Below, one piece after another: positions 27,661 to 36,665 of a stretch of DNA of 57,827 nucleotides. Each line of letters begins with the position of its first letter. The stretch's first letter is position 1. The notes beneath the pieces were generated by a model. That model was not told where the DNA came from. It saw only the letters and a list, made by a program, of their open reading frames with translations, and ran no database searches. The translations under genes and the position numbers were made by a program. Source of the DNA: Candidatus Obscuribacteraceae bacterium (GTDB lineage Bacteria; Cyanobacteriota; Vampirovibrionia; Obscuribacterales; Obscuribacteraceae). Location: positions 1-57,827 of the forward strand of contig JBGASG010000015.1 in NCBI GenBank assembly GCA_044229845.1. The letters are read 5' to 3'.

Positions 27661-29391
27661 ATGCGCCCCTTTCTCGCCAGGACTCTGGCCTTCTTAGCCT
27701 GTTTCGGTCTGCTCCTACCGCCGGCGATGGCCGCGCGCTTCGTGGACATGTCGGGTAACTGGACGGAAAAGTACGTCAACAACCTGTCCGACGAGGGTGT
27801 GATCGCGGCTGAGGACGACGGCAAGTTCAAGCCGGACAAGCCGGTGACGCGCGCTGTCCTGGCGGCATGGCTGGTCAAAGTTTTGAAACTCGATAATCAA
27901 GCTGTCGGTGACACGCCGAGCTTTCCGGACGTCAGACCGACTGACTGGTTTTACAAGCCGGTTGAAATCATCAGGCAGAACAACATCATTGCCGGCTACG
28001 CTGATGGCTTTCGTCCTCACCAGTTCATTCAGCGCGCTGAAGTGATCACCATTTTGTCTCGCACACTCAGCACTCCCACTCCGGGCGCAGCTCAGATTCA
28101 GGAGGCTCTCGCCAAGTACAAAGACGCAGCGAAGGTGCCGGACTGGGCGAAAGTCGGTGTTGCTAAAGCGACGTTGTCCGACATTGTGCTCACTCAAAAT
28201 CCAGATGTGCTCGATCCTTCCGGACTGGCATCGCGAGCCGACACTGTGGCTTTGCTGTACGGGCTCGAGCAATACATAACTCGCCAGACCATTGCGCAAT
28301 CAGAATCTGCGGCTCCGCCGTCCCAGGCAGCGTCATCCGGCGATTGGCAGGGCGGCGCTCCGGCGCAAAATCCCACCAGTTATGCGTCGACACCCCCAGC
28401 GGGACAGTATCCGCCGCCCGCCCAGGGTGCATATCCGCCGCCGACACAGGGAGCGTATCCGCCGCCCGCACAGGGAGCCTATCCGCCGCCGACACAGGGA
28501 GCCTATCCGCCGCCGCCGCAATACGGCGGTGCATATCCACCGCAAGGACAGTATCCGCCCCCCGACTATACAGGCAGGGTCACCGAGCAAGGGCAGAATG
28601 GCTACCCGCCTCCTGCTTACAGCGGACAGACCGGCGCGTATCCGCCACCCGGATACGGTCAGCCTCCACCGGGGTACGGTCAGCCGCCGCCCAATTACCT
28701 GCAGGGGGGCGTGGCAGTGGTTGCGGCTGGAACCCATTTTCGCGCTTCGCTGAAAAACTCGCTCGATTCCGGTTCGACGCAACCTGGTGAGGAAGTGACT
28801 GCAACGCTCAGCGAGCCGCTGACTTCGAATGGATCGGAGGTCGTTCCGGCGGGCAGTCGCCTGGTCGGCAACGTCACCAATGTAGTTTCTGCCAAGCGGT
28901 TCAAAGCCGGCGCCAACGGCAAAGTCGACATCAGATTTACCGCCATCGAGACGCCTGATGGCAGGCGCTTCCCGCTATCGGCTAGCGTCGACACATCGCA
29001 GCAGCGTCTCACCGGCGGCAGCACGGCCGGTCGTGTCGGTAAGGGGTTGGCGACCATGGGCGTCGGTGCCGCCGGTGGTGCTGTACTGGGCACCGCTCTT
29101 GGTGCCATTGTCGGTGGCACTACTCATTCGTCAAGCATGGGTAAGTCGGTGGGCATGGGAGCTGTCTTTGGTACCGCCCTTGGTGCGGGAGTGGGCGGCG
29201 TTGGAGCCGTTGTCCGCAAAGGATCGGAGGTGAAGATTCCGGCCGGCACGCCTTTGCCCGTGCAGCTGGACGAGTCTTTGCAGGTCACCATCGGGCGCGC
29301 AGTCAATAATTACCCGCCGCCTCAACAAGGCTACGGCTACGGTGCACCACCATCGGTGCAGCAACCGCAGGGTTATTTCCCGCCCCAGTAG
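27661..29391 (+). CDS. S-layer homology (SLH) protein with Pro-rich linker and TrbI/VirB10-like beta domain with Gly zipper
   Basis: Three SLH repeats (FKPDKPVTRA, FRPHQFIQRAE, ASRADT); AGT.F...L...LDS, VPAGS.L.G.V, GSEVKIPAGT. Confidence 0.88.
   Translation: MRPFLARTLAFLACFGLLLPPAMAARFVDMSGNWTEKYVNNLSDEGVIAAEDDGKFKPDKPVTRAVLAAWLVKVLKLDNQAVGDTPSFPDVRPTDWFYKPVEIIRQNNIIAGYADGFRPHQFIQRAEVITILSRTLSTPTPGAAQIQEALAKYKDAAKVPDWAKVGVAKATLSDIVLTQNPDVLDPSGLASRADTVALLYGLEQYITRQTIAQSESAAPPSQAASSGDWQGGAPAQNPTSYASTPPAGQYPPPAQGAYPPPTQGAYPPPAQGAYPPPTQGAYPPPPQYGGAYPPQGQYPPPDYTGRVTEQGQNGYPPPAYSGQTGAYPPPGYGQPPPGYGQPPPNYLQGGVAVVAAGTHFRASLKNSLDSGSTQPGEEVTATLSEPLTSNGSEVVPAGSRLVGNVTNVVSAKRFKAGANGKVDIRFTAIETPDGRRFPLSASVDTSQQRLTGGSTAGRVGKGLATMGVGAAGGAVLGTALGAIVGGTTHSSSMGKSVGMGAVFGTALGAGVGGVGAVVRKGSEVKIPAGTPLPVQLDESLQVTIGRAVNNYPPPQQGYGYGAPPSVQQPQGYFPPQ
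28408..28518 (+). repeat. Coding 24-bp tandem repeat (YPPP[A/T]QGA, about 4.6 copies)
   Basis: TATCCGCCGCC units every 24 bp. Confidence 0.9.
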
Positions 29392-29405
29392 GGTGGAAGA
29401 AACAG

Positions 29406-30194
29406 TCAGTCGCCGCCGTAACGTCTCTGGCGGGCGGCGAATTCCAGGACAGCCTTGTCAAAATCTTCGGCTGTGAATTCCGGCCACATGACTGGGGTGA
29501 CGTAGAGTTCAGTGTACGCCGACTGCCAGAGGAGGTAGTTGGAAAGACGCATTTCGCCACCAGTGCGAATCAGCAAATCGGGATCGGGCAGTTGTTTTGT
29601 ATAAAGATGCGCGTCGATCAGTTCGGGAGTGATGTCTTGTGGAGCCAGGTTGCCCGCCGCTACCTGTTCAGCCATTTCGCGGACCGCCTGCGTAATCTCC
29701 CAGCGCGAGCCGTAGTTGAGGGCGATTTGCAGGTTGAGCCCCTGATTGTTGGCGGTGCGTTGCATGCCGCCCTTCAGTTTTTGCTGTAAGTCAGCCGGCA
29801 TGCCGTCCAGGTCGCCGATAAACCGCAAGCGCACCTTGTTGGATGCCAGCTCTTCCAACTCGTCACGCAGCACCTCGGCAAACAGCTCGAATAAATAATC
29901 GACTTCTTCTTGACCGCGTTGCCAGTTTTCGCTGGAAAAAGCGTAGACAGTCATATATTCCAGCCCGCGTGCGCTGGCGTGTTTGACCAGCCGCTTCAAG
30001 CTTTTCACGCCTTCGCGATGACCAAACAGGCGAGGCAACTTTCGCTTGTCTGCCCAGCGGCGATTGCCGTCCATGATGATGGCCACGTGGCGCAGCGGCA
30101 ACTTGGGCTGGGAGTCGTCGGTGTCCGCTTTGACCGATGTCGAAGTTTTTGAAGCTCTCACCATTTGCGGTGCCACTACTTGCGCACATCTCAA
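29406..30194 (-). CDS. uppS: Undecaprenyl diphosphate synthase
   Basis: HVAIIMDGNRRWA, YAFSSENW, DLLIRTGGEMRLSNYLLWQ; alternative ATG start at 30164. Confidence 0.97.
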   Translation of the reverse strand: MRCAQVVAPQMVRASKTSTSVKADTDDSQPKLPLRHVAIIMDGNRRWADKRKLPRLFGHREGVKSLKRLVKHASARGLEYMTVYAFSSENWQRGQEEVDYLFELFAEVLRDELEELASNKVRLRFIGDLDGMPADLQQKLKGGMQRTANNQGLNLQIALNYGSRWEITQAVREMAEQVAAGNLAPQDITPELIDAHLYTKQLPDPDLLIRTGGEMRLSNYLLWQSAYTELYVTPVMWPEFTAEDFDKAVLEFAARQRRYGGD

Positions 30195-30350
30195 CTATTG
30201 ACTGCCGGCCATTGTAACTGTAGCCTCTCGGGCCGCGCTTTTCAAAAGCCTCATATGTGTGGAAGAATTCAAAAAACTATATGTCCGCAAACGTCCAAAT
30301 GATAGGCTTCTAACAATCTCGATCCCGTTTCCTTACAAGGTTTTTGCCAA

Positions 30351-30836
30351 ATGATGCTGCGTCCGACGTATGTCGTGGAGGGTGATGTTACCGACATCGA
30401 TCTCGATCAGTTGCAGCGCGAAGGTGTGCGCGGGCTGATTTTCGATCTGGACAGTACTCTGGTGGCACCACACGCCGGAGTGCTGACCAACGAAGTGTCC
30501 GGCTGGCTCGATCGCGCGCGTTCGATGTTTAAGGTGGCGATAGTCAGCAACAACAAGAAGAGCGCTTACGTGCAGTCTGTGCAGGCTCTGTTGGACATGC
30601 CCTGTATAGGCTTTGCGGCAAAACCCAGCACTAAAGCTTTCTTTGAGGTGCTGACGCTGTTCGACATGGCACCGCATGAGGTGGCAGTGATCGGTGACCG
30701 TCCACTCACCGACGTCTGGGGCGGACAGCGTGCCGGCATGAAGACAATCCTTGTCTGGCCGCTGAAAAGCATGAACGAACCCTCGTGGATTCGCATGATT
30801 CGCCGCATGGAACGTGTGTTTATTCGCAATTTCTGA
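30351..30836 (+). CDS. yqeG: YqeG-family HAD IIIA phosphatase
   Basis: FDLDSTL, VSNN, AAKP, IGDRPLTD. Confidence 0.9.
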   Translation: MMLRPTYVVEGDVTDIDLDQLQREGVRGLIFDLDSTLVAPHAGVLTNEVSGWLDRARSMFKVAIVSNNKKSAYVQSVQALLDMPCIGFAAKPSTKAFFEVLTLFDMAPHEVAVIGDRPLTDVWGGQRAGMKTILVWPLKSMNEPSWIRMIRRMERVFIRNF

Positions 30837-31587
30837 CCGGCAGTTCATTCAGTCGGCCGATCAACCAGCGATTGAACTGATTGGGGTGCGTATCCATACA
30901 GTTGTGGGCCGCGAATTCGAAGACCTGGAGAGTTGAGCCGGGCAGCATTTTTTGCATGCCTTCCACGTGTGAGCAGAGGGCGATCGGGTCGAGCCTGCCG
31001 ACGGCGAAATGCACCGGACAATGCGTGACCTGCGGCACGGCAGCGGCATAGTCCATGGTTTCAAACTGGCGCACAATCTCGTTGAGGGTGAAGTGATCGG
31101 TATCCAGGAGCACGCGTTCGCGCCATTTGAGACTCCTGTGAATAGGCGTGTTTTTCAGCGAATGATATGGCCAGCCGAGAAAAAATTTGAAAGCCGACCG
31201 CGTCACCTGCGGAACCTTTCCCGGCATCGAGACAGCGAAGACTGCGCTCACCAGATGGGGATGCCGCTCGGCAATCGCCATACTTATAATTGCTCCCAGC
31301 GAGTGTCCGACGAAAGGCACCGGGTAAGCTATGCTCACACCTGACAGGGTCTCCAGAACATCTTGCAGATGAGCGTCGAGATTGGCATCTGTGCCGGGCT
31401 CGGCAGTATCTCCGTGTCCGCGCAGGTCGGGGACGATGCAGCGAAATCCGGCGGATTGCAGGACCTCGATCTGGCGCGACCACATTTCAGCGCGAGCGCC
31501 TGTGCCATGCAATAAGACAATATCCCCCGCGGGCGCTTTTGGCGATGCGCTGGATTTTGCTTCATAGCATTTAAGCGCCAGCTTCAT
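30820..31587 (-). CDS. Alpha/beta hydrolase
   Basis: LLHG, PDLRGHG, GHSLG, with Asp and His triad residues. Confidence 0.92.
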   Translation of the reverse strand: MKLALKCYEAKSSASPKAPAGDIVLLHGTGARAEMWSRQIEVLQSAGFRCIVPDLRGHGDTAEPGTDANLDAHLQDVLETLSGVSIAYPVPFVGHSLGAIISMAIAERHPHLVSAVFAVSMPGKVPQVTRSAFKFFLGWPYHSLKNTPIHRSLKWRERVLLDTDHFTLNEIVRQFETMDYAAAVPQVTHCPVHFAVGRLDPIALCSHVEGMQKMLPGSTLQVFEFAAHNCMDTHPNQFNRWLIGRLNELPVRNCE

Positions 31588-31598
31588 GGCTGGTCTAC

Positions 31599-32843
31599 CT
31601 AAGCCGTTGCTTCGCCGAGATTTTGGCGGTTGATCGAAACTGGTTTCGCAGACTCGTCTCGCTGCGCGGATGACGGTTGGAACGCTTCGATGGCAATTTG
31701 AGAGTTCTGCAAAACGAGGCGAGCGATTTCGTAGACGGCTGCATCGTGATCCAGGTTGTGGACCGGGGGCAGCGCCCGATGCCGATCGGTGACGATTGAA
31801 GCTGAATTGACGATGTCCAGAATGTCCTCGGGACTTGTCAGTTTACGCGCCAATCCGCCGTCGAGCAGGATATCCACGGTACCGCGTTCCTGAGGCATCG
31901 GATTTGTTATGCAATCAAGGACCAGAGGCAGTCGGCTGGCAACTGCCTGAAATGTAGTCAATCCGCCGGCTTTGGTCACCATCAGGTCGGCGGCTTTCAT
32001 CAGATCGGACATGCGATCGTGAAACGGCAGGACAGAAATGGAAAACGGCAGGTCGGCAGCCATGTCGACAGCGTCGTCGTAGAGCGCGTGGTTATGGCCG
32101 CACAAAAAGATCACCTGGATCGGACGGGCGATTGCCCGCAGAGACTTGAGGACCGCCAGCATGTTGCCCCCGCCGGCCCAGCCGGCATTCACACACACGG
32201 TTAGCGTGTCGGGGCAGAGCCCGAGGTGACTGAGAAACGTAGCCCGGTCTACTGACGGCTCTTTCAGGAAATCAGGATGCACAGGCATGCCGACCACGGC
32301 TACCTTCTCCGGTGCCATGCCCCAGTCGATCAATTTGTTGAAAACAATTTCGTTGGGCGCGATGATCAGATCTGATTCAGCGCAGGACCAGCCGCGCCAG
32401 AGATCGGCGTTTGGGTCGGTGATCACGGTGATCAGTTTTGTGTAATCTTTGATGCCGATTTCGCGCATGGCGCGCGCGATGTAATGGTTGGTCATCGGGT
32501 GCATCGACACCACCACCGATGGTGCCTGCTTGGTGAACCATTGAGTTAGATAGCTGCGCGAGATCCAATAACCCAGTTCGGATTCATTGGGTTTCAAGAA
32601 ATGCAGGAGATCGTAGTAATACTTCATGGCCGGCTGATGATGCCGGAGCAGATAGTTGTACAGCTGTACGAAGTGCTTGTTGATCGAGTGGGTATGTTCG
32701 ACGATGTTTTCGCTCGTCACCTGGACGATGCGATAGTTCGGGTCGCTGGCGGCCGCATCCTTAATTGCCGCAGTCAAGGCATCTACGGCGCTTCTGTGCC
32801 CGCCGCCCGTATCTGAAAATACTATGCAAACGTTTTCAAACAT
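31599..32843 (-). CDS. MGDG synthase/UgtP-like GT28 diacylglycerol glycosyltransferase
   Basis: SDTGGGHRSA, VVSMHP, VITD, GMPV, TKAGGLT, QE.G. Confidence 0.88.
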   Translation of the reverse strand: MFENVCIVFSDTGGGHRSAVDALTAAIKDAAASDPNYRIVQVTSENIVEHTHSINKHFVQLYNYLLRHHQPAMKYYYDLLHFLKPNESELGYWISRSYLTQWFTKQAPSVVVSMHPMTNHYIARAMREIGIKDYTKLITVITDPNADLWRGWSCAESDLIIAPNEIVFNKLIDWGMAPEKVAVVGMPVHPDFLKEPSVDRATFLSHLGLCPDTLTVCVNAGWAGGGNMLAVLKSLRAIARPIQVIFLCGHNHALYDDAVDMAADLPFSISVLPFHDRMSDLMKAADLMVTKAGGLTTFQAVASRLPLVLDCITNPMPQERGTVDILLDGGLARKLTSPEDILDIVNSASIVTDRHRALPPVHNLDHDAAVYEIARLVLQNSQIAIEAFQPSSAQRDESAKPVSINRQNLGEATA

Positions 32844-32903
32844 GGTTCAGTTGTACACTGTTCGAAATAAGTGACGCACACTCCTCTGTACCCGCCCCTG
32901 CCA

Positions 32904-34298
32904 ATGAATAGACGCTTTGCAACTCTTTCCCTCTTATTGGTCACTGCCGCCACAAGCAGCTCCCTGTCAGCCTTAGCAGACAGCAAGGGCGATTGGACCG
33001 TCCTGTCGCCCCACAAAATCAAAGCGCCAGTGCAGGGGGTGGAGCTTTATCAGCTGGACAACGAGCCTCTGGCGGGACGCAAACCGCTGCTCCTGGTGCA
33101 CGGGTTGTTGGGAGAGAACTGGCCGCTGTTCAGGTGGGGTGATGTCACTAGGCACCTGAATTCCAGCAAGGATTTCAATGGTGAGTACAAGATTTACCTG
33201 GCTCGCTACGACACTGTCGCTCCGCTTGCGGGAGTGATAGTGCCCTTTCGGCAGGCGGTCAAGAAACTCTATTCAGATTCAGGCAATCGGCCGATCTCGA
33301 TAGTGGCCCTCAGCATGGGCGGCAATGTGGTCCAGGAATCGATGGCCGACTCTGATATCAATCGGTCGATCGAAAAGGTGTTGACCATGGGCACACCTTT
33401 TCATGGTTCACCGCTGTTCACTTATGACTGGATGCAGTATGGGTTCTTGCAAAATCATCGTGTGCCGTGGGTGAAAGCGGACCTCTTCATGTCCTATCGG
33501 CTCTATTTCTCGAAGCACCAGAACTTGCTTGCTGACCTGCGTTGGGACAATGTTGACAAGAATATTCCGGATGTCGGCAATTTCAGTGCGCATGTTCCAT
33601 GGCCTGTGCGAGGAGACTTGACTCCGGCTGTTGATGGCAATCCGCACATTGTTGCAGTCAATTCAGAACTGAAGACCGACAAATCGAAGTTCATAACTTA
33701 TGGTGGCTACCTGGTCGCTCCCTGGGCGAATGCCGACCGTCCGTCGCTGGCGTGGCAGGCATCGCGGCTGCCCGCTCAGTTTGTGGGCACCACAGTGCCG
33801 TTTCATTTCGGCAGAGAGCATCCCGTTTTGCGGGTGCTCAATCGTGAAATCAGCTGGGTGCCTCCAGGCGCAGACGGAGCGGCGGATCATAAAGGATTTA
33901 GCCGCAAGATCATGTACGGATTGAACGACGGCATCACGCCGGTTGCCAGCGCTCTGTTCTTGCCTTCCAAGACATTCAAAAACGATTTTTGCTTGAGCGA
34001 ATCTGATGTAACAACGCTGTCCAACTTCGTCGACGTGCGCAAAGCCCGTGTATTTCGCAACATCGATCACCTCACTTATATCGACGGCTACCGACCGAGA
34101 AGGGCGTCGAAGCTCTTGCGCGACGAGCTGCATCCTCGCGATGGGGAAAGGGATATTTTCGGCTGGATACTTGCCGACGTCCTCAATCAGGATGTTACTT
34201 TGCCGGTTGCCGTGACTCCGGGCACCGCTGAGGAAGCTGCGGAGTCGACAATACCTGCATCAGCGTCAACGGGAGCCGCGGCGGATGGCGATCGCTAG
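32904..34298 (+). CDS. Exported lipase/esterase-type alpha/beta hydrolase
   Basis: Signal peptide; LLVHGL, ALSMGG, GTPFHGS, NDGITP, IDH. Confidence 0.85.
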   Translation: MNRRFATLSLLLVTAATSSSLSALADSKGDWTVLSPHKIKAPVQGVELYQLDNEPLAGRKPLLLVHGLLGENWPLFRWGDVTRHLNSSKDFNGEYKIYLARYDTVAPLAGVIVPFRQAVKKLYSDSGNRPISIVALSMGGNVVQESMADSDINRSIEKVLTMGTPFHGSPLFTYDWMQYGFLQNHRVPWVKADLFMSYRLYFSKHQNLLADLRWDNVDKNIPDVGNFSAHVPWPVRGDLTPAVDGNPHIVAVNSELKTDKSKFITYGGYLVAPWANADRPSLAWQASRLPAQFVGTTVPFHFGREHPVLRVLNREISWVPPGADGAADHKGFSRKIMYGLNDGITPVASALFLPSKTFKNDFCLSESDVTTLSNFVDVRKARVFRNIDHLTYIDGYRPRRASKLLRDELHPRDGERDIFGWILADVLNQDVTLPVAVTPGTAEEAAESTIPASASTGAAADGDR

Positions 34299-34318
34299 TG
34301 TAGCCACCGTAGATGGTG

Positions 34319-35722
34319 CTATTTAATCGTCCAGTCTTTCTTAATTCCAGGCACTTTCGGCAGTCCTTTCTTGACGGCATTAGCGACCGGAAACTTTGCG
34401 CCCTCACAGCGGTGAGCCAGGAAGTAACCTAAGAGGTTCTGCGCTTCATCGTCGTCGATGTCCGAGACCGCCATCATTATTTCTGAGCAGTCAGCATCTT
34501 TGCCCTTTTTGTGAATAAGCTCGATGCCCTCGGGCGGCTTTCCGGTTTGCGACAGGCTGCAGACCAGGGCAACGGGAATTTTGTGACCGAGCTTGCCGAA
34601 ATCCAGTTCGGTAAAGTCGATCGTCTGGAAGCGCTTGAGAGTCTCGATCGTCGGTTTGCCCGAGCAAGAATCAGAGGCCTTATAAGGCGAAGCCGGAATC
34701 AGTTCTTGGTCCTGCCCGAGACGGGCGTAGCCGCCATGCACCAACTTCGAAAGGGCCAGCATGCGATCTTTGTGCGACATGTAGAGGCGGATGGTGGTCT
34801 TTCCGTCGTTGGTCATACAGCGGCTTATGTAGTGTTTCACCAGACCATCATCAATGTCCGGACAGACCAGGCTGATTTCTTTGAATGTGTCGCGTCCCTT
34901 GATCAGTGGCGCGGCGCGAACGATCAAGCGGGAACCCATGCTGTGCGCGAACAGCCTCACCGACACGGAAGGCTTTCTGGATGCCAGTCCATTCAGTTCG
35001 CCAATCAAATCGTTGTAGTGTTCCTGGCTCCACTCAATACTGGCTTCATCGCTGCTGTAACCCTTAAAAGTGCCTTTGGAAGGCCAGGAATACAGCAGGA
35101 CGGGGCGCTCGGAGTAATAGGCAAAGCGCGCTGCTTCACGCACGCCGGACTCGAATGTGCTCATGTACCCGGGCGCGAAGACAAAGAGTTCCTGGTCGCA
35201 GGTGTTGGACGCTTGTTTATGAATGTCATCGAAAAACTTTTCGGTCGCCTCAGCGTATGTGCAGCCCTCGATTAGAGAGACTGAATAGGCTCCTTCACCT
35301 CTTTTGTGCTCATCTTTCCAGCCCAGGTCCACCAATTTTTTGTCCAGCGGCTTTTCCTGGGTATTGGTGATGGTGCAATAGGCGACGCCCAGGTGAGGGT
35401 CATGGTTGCATGTTCCGCGGTACTGTCTGAGGTTGCCGAACTTGACCAGGTTGTCCTTGTCTTTGCAGGGCTGGCGGTTGCGGTCCGATATAAAGAAGAC
35501 CGGAATGGTAATCAGGTGCTGTGTCTTTTCATCCGCGCACTCGGCTGACTCCGCAGCGGCTGCGGAATTGGCGGCTGGTTGTTTTGCGGGGGCGGCCGCC
35601 GGTTGTTCGGCTGCGGGCGGCTTGGGCTGGTCATCAGCTCGGGCCGTCGCGGTGAAAAAGGAGCCGAAATTGAATGCTGTTGCCGTTGCCAGCGCCAGGC
35701 CGACTACCAGTGCTTTTGCCAT
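34319..35722 (-). CDS. Exported DUF900-type alpha/beta hydrolase
   Basis: VFFISDR, PGYMSTF, YSWPS, AHSMG, PDID, D..L..S. Confidence 0.85.
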   Translation of the reverse strand: MAKALVVGLALATATAFNFGSFFTATARADDQPKPPAAEQPAAAPAKQPAANSAAAAESAECADEKTQHLITIPVFFISDRNRQPCKDKDNLVKFGNLRQYRGTCNHDPHLGVAYCTITNTQEKPLDKKLVDLGWKDEHKRGEGAYSVSLIEGCTYAEATEKFFDDIHKQASNTCDQELFVFAPGYMSTFESGVREAARFAYYSERPVLLYSWPSKGTFKGYSSDEASIEWSQEHYNDLIGELNGLASRKPSVSVRLFAHSMGSRLIVRAAPLIKGRDTFKEISLVCPDIDDGLVKHYISRCMTNDGKTTIRLYMSHKDRMLALSKLVHGGYARLGQDQELIPASPYKASDSCSGKPTIETLKRFQTIDFTELDFGKLGHKIPVALVCSLSQTGKPPEGIELIHKKGKDADCSEIMMAVSDIDDDEAQNLLGYFLAHRCEGAKFPVANAVKKGLPKVPGIKKDWTIK

Positions 35723-36208
35723 CTTGCTATTCCCGAGCCTCCAGCAGAGTCAGTTCCCTTACATGATACCTGGCTGGAGGAATTTTGCCCGTATCGCTGC
35801 GGCGATAGGCCGCCCGGCACCACCGGTGGTATCAAGCCGGACGACGGAGAATGTTGCGGCCGGTGAAACCTGACACAACCTGACATGTCCCTCGAGTTGC
35901 AGAGAGGATGCGCCTTTCAGGGACCTATGCCTTGCCCGCTGACACGATTAGCCGTCAATGCCTGCGAAGAAACGCCAGCAATCACCCTGTCCGCGACCAG
36001 CCGGCGCAATAGTCAATGAGGGGTTGGGCGAAAACCTGGCACAGTGCCGATTCACAACTCTGCCACAATCGCGATAACGAGGTCAAAAGGCTCGGTCGGG
36101 CAGCGCGGCTCTTACTTTTTATCTTTCTACCCTTGTATGGAGACTAGCCCCCCATGCGGATATCCATTGTATTAGCGGGGATTAATGGCTGCATTGAAGA
36201 AATGTGTC

Positions 36209-36236
36209 TTGCCGATTTCCATTTTGCACTTATACT
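36209..36236 (+). promoter_or_regulatory. Candidate sigma70 promoter
   Basis: TTGCCG-16 bp-TATACT in an AT-rich region. Confidence 0.5.
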
Positions 36237-36356
36237 AATTCCATCGGACCCTTAATCATTCCTTTATATTTTTAGAGCAGCGGTTGAAAACAGCCGCGAT
36301 ACCCCATCGCTCCTGCTCAGGCTCCCCCGTTTCCCCAGCAAGGGAGGTTCTCGTCA

Positions 36357-36596
36357 ATGCGTGTTGAACTACTCTACGCGCCCGGTTGTATGGTATCTCG
36401 AAGAGCACTAGATTCATTACAAACCATCATCGCAGAAGAGGGACTGCCACTTCCGGTTGAAATGAGTGAGACGTCTGGAAGTTCAGTCATCAAAATCGAT
36501 GGCGACGAAATCGCATGCGGGTCACACATCGAACAGTTAAGAGCCCTGGTGAGCAGAAAGTGGCTGGAGCATGCGCTCCCCGCTTACGGCTCCTGA
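36357..36596 (+). CDS. Small thioredoxin/glutaredoxin-like protein (CxxS)
   Basis: MRVELLYAPGCMVS...IKIDG; GGGAGG RBS. Confidence 0.7.
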   Translation: MRVELLYAPGCMVSRRALDSLQTIIAEEGLPLPVEMSETSGSSVIKIDGDEIACGSHIEQLRALVSRKWLEHALPAYGS

Positions 36597-36636
36597 CCTA
36601 GAGTCTTATTCTCCTCCTCTTTCGAATCTGCTACGC

Positions 36637-36665
36637 AAAAGCCCGAGCCCCCAGCTCGGGCTTTT
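36637..36665. terminator. Bidirectional intrinsic terminator
   Basis: AAAAGCCCGAGC-CCCCA-GCTCGGGCTTTT between convergent genes. Confidence 0.88.
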
